Shown: positions 61,201 to 64,000 of the stretch, in pieces
Position numbering within the stretch: the stretch's first letter is position 1
How the letters are laid out: every line of letters starts with the position of its first letter
Position numbers and translations under genes: made by a program
NCBI GenBank assembly: GCA_040954595.2
Contig: CM082587.2
Span: 1,325,500 to 1,389,499 of the forward strand
Direction of reading: 5' to 3'
From: Balanoglossus misakiensis
Taxonomy: Eukaryota > Animalia > Hemichordata
DNA length: 64,000 nt
Notes under the pieces: model-generated
Database searches by the model: none
The model's input: only the letters and a program-made list of their open reading frames with translations
What the model was told of the DNA's origin: nothing

Positions 61201-63019
61201 AATAATAATAAGATTATTCTTTTTGAACTGATGCAGGTATCGTCTCTTCTTTGAGAGAGAATCCAAAACAGAGGTTGCTGAACGGAAGAAGAGAGCAGTG
61301 GAACCCTTCCAGACTCTTCCTGAGGTAAACACAATAAACTAAATTTGATGCTTGTAAATGCTTTTCATCATGGGTGAAGATCAGTCCAGATCACTTTTTT
61401 AAGCCTTTACAGAATCACTGGTTCAGCACATTCAGAATTGACTGATCCCTTGAGCCATATATCAAGTCCCATAACCCCAAAGATATCTCCCCATATTTCA
61501 AGATGGTAATACATCAACAGTCCATGAGAGATATCTCCTCATCTCAACTGCATTCCGCACTAAGAAATCAAGAAATTATTGGCCTTTTGTATTTATGATT
61601 ATTAAGTTCTAGAAATACTTTCAAAATGAAATTATATCCCCTTTCAAACAGGCATATAGATAGCCTTCCGTGATAAAATTGTTTCCCTATCTTAGAGTGT
61701 TTGTAATCATTATTTGAGTCATTTCTGAGTAGGAGCTATAAATTGTCTGCATTGAGAGTCTCATGGGATTTCTTTCTTTATACAAGGCTTCATATGAGGT
61801 GTTTGTTTCTTCACGTAGATATTTCATTACGTTTGGTATTTGATCGAAGATTTGCTTTCGGCAAAGAGACTTAAGAGGGAGCATGCTTTATGATGGATTT
61901 GTGTACTATAAACACTTATTATTATAATACTATTTATGTTTCATGAAATTAAACTGATCTCTCTAAAAAGGGGCTATAAGGTAGATTGACTGCGAGCACG
62001 TGTTGTGGCCAATGCAGAAATGCACAAGACAGGGAGGTTGGCAGGTTCTTGATTTGATTGCGGGAGACTTGAATCATCAAGGCGGAAGAAAGTTTCCGTA
62101 CCACCAGGGGAAAACGAACCTCTGTTGAAAAACACAGACTGGGCATATCCATTATGTTTTATCATGCAGACTTAACCATGTCTGACAGTGTTGAAGACTA
62201 GGATGAGATCCTGGCAAAACCCTTTAACCAATCCCAGATAAATGTATTTAGGAATTGTACTTGACAGATTTGGGTTCCTTGAACACTCCCTGTAGTTCTG
62301 CTGTGTAGATGGATATTTTAAATCTGATTCTATGAGTGTATAGCTGTTTTACTTTTATACATCTATGAATATTTTATGTGTTGTGGTCTGAACACAAATT
62401 TACTTGATCTGAATTCAACAAATAAAGACATACAATTTACAGGTCTCTGATAGCATTGCTTTAAATGCCATAATATATTTATTTTGACTGTATTTTTTTG
62501 TGGTGGTTATTTCATTCATCATTCCACCCACACAGCAGTCACAGAGATGTGCAAGATATTGTCTTGTCAACCACAATCTTAATCTTCATATAAAAAAAGG
62601 CCTGGGCTGTAATTTAATCTGTGTGGCGCCGATAATGTATTAAGGTTGTCTGTGTGTTGAATGGCTGTTTTTGTCCTGCTGGATGTAGACTAAGGCAACT
62701 TATGGATGGATTAGGTTCTCTCAGTCAGTCTTTTTATGTGTCCATCTGAAGCCATATTACTTAGCCAGTTAAAATTTATATTATAGTACATGTAAATACT
62801 TTTTGTCTTGTTTCTTTTCAGGAAATGTTGGAGGTAGACATTGAAGATATATATAAGCCTGGCTCAGTGCTAGACATGCCTAAAAGACCTCCTTGGAATT
62901 ACAGTGGGAGCAAAGACCAACTGGAACAGAGGGAACATGCCTACTTCCTTGATTATTTAGAGAATATTTACGACAAGTACTCTCCAAAAGAACTCAGCTA
63001 TTTTGAACACAATCTGGAA
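58204..63019 (+). CDS. GNL1: Guanine nucleotide-binding protein-like 1, 5' part (exons 1-4; gene continues beyond the window)
   Basis: Exons 58204-58291, 60409-60556, 61237-61324, 62822-63019. MPRKKPFSIKQKKKQLQEKREKKR, TSDGE, YDPNRYRLFFERES, IYKPGSVLDMPKRPPW and LSYFEHNLE match the recalled human GNL1 N-terminus. The next expected exon (TWRQLWRV) is not found before 64000. Confidence 0.95.
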
Positions 63020-64000
63020 GTAAGGAAATATGGCATTATGTTAGTTGGTTGGTTATGTGTGTATTTTCGCTTGGGTGCACTAGAGTGTCATCTGATTCTA
63101 GCATGGAAGGGATCATTGAACCAAAAAGGGAATTATGGGCTGAATGACGTTGCCTTAGAAAGTCATACTGTTTGGCATGTAAGAGTGGAGTTTGATATTA
63201 TCAGTCATCTTGGGTGTTTTCTGCTACATATGTCAAGGTTTTTTAGCGGAGGTAGAGGGAGCGAGGGGTAAGGGGTGCCCCAGATCTTGCATTAACAGAT
63301 TTGACTCTGTTTTGTTTCTGCATTTTGTGCAATAATATTTGTCTGTTGCGTTGATATCTTGATGCTTTGACTTCCAAGATTGATGAGGGAGCATTAAGCT
63401 CCTTTTAAATTATCACACCTTTCTCATGCATACAAGACTGATCTTCAGAACTAACACAAGCTGGAGTCTATCAGCGAGGTTAGTCTGATGTTTCACAAAT
63501 GTCAAACAGTGCCTTGGGACTATCAATAGTCTTAGCGCATTCATTTTAAAAACGGAGACTGTGGGTCTGATGTTTCCCTGCTAATTGCTATGACGAATCC
63601 CTTTCACTGTCTTTCCTTGTAAATCCGTCAATTTCTATGACATTTAGAGAAGCCCTCTATTCCGTGATCCCAGACAGGCAACACAATGGATGACAGACAC
63701 GTACATGGACCTATTAACCCTGCTACTTTCCCAAGCCTTCCTTTCACCGCAAACAGTAACAATCAGTGAAATTGCTTTTTTGATCTGGGTTGATTCTTAA
63801 AAACAGAAGTCATTACTCCTTGTGTCCTTCCAGTCTTCTGTTTTTTTTCCCAATTCCCCAAAATGCTTTAATTCATACTGTCATGCCAGAGTATCTGTGC
63901 ATTACGTGATAACAGAAAAGCATTCTTACATTGAACTTTTGAAGTAGTGCTGTAATAGACATATTCCAAGCCATCTTAGCTTTTTGTTCAACTCTCCCTT

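Overview
Eukaryotic (animal) genomic DNA with GT-AG spliced genes, microsatellites and patchy CpG depletion. The style suggests a marine invertebrate, possibly a non-vertebrate deuterostome (inference only). By reading splice sites and frames by hand I built seven protein-coding genes: a CCDC190-like gene with a single coding exon (+, 5774-7204); UHMK1/KIS kinase-UHM (-, 7 exons); two tandem paralogous type-I membrane receptors (+, 25118-29499 and 31170-36083, 13 coding exons each); PRDM12 (+, 6 exons); a class I/II PLP-dependent aminotransferase (-, 8 exons); and the 5' part of GNL1 (+, runs off the window). The two receptors have an architecture I do not recognise: signal peptide, one degenerate cadherin repeat, an unassigned ~165-aa Cys/Trp domain, EGF, Ig, three EGF, TM, and a short tail with sorting motifs. 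They are the main novelty candidate. The human orthologues of the neighbouring genes lie on MHC paralogons (UHMK1 and CCDC190 at 1q23.3, PRDM12 at 9q34, GNL1 at 6p21.3), so the window looks like a proto-MHC fragment. Smaller items are a 79-bp palindromic element with a 9-bp target-site duplication, a tRNA-Lys primer-binding site flanked by LTR-like ends, a dispersed double-CCAAT repeat, RFX X-box-like sites and a uORF. All family assignments come from recalled sequences and motifs; no database search was run.
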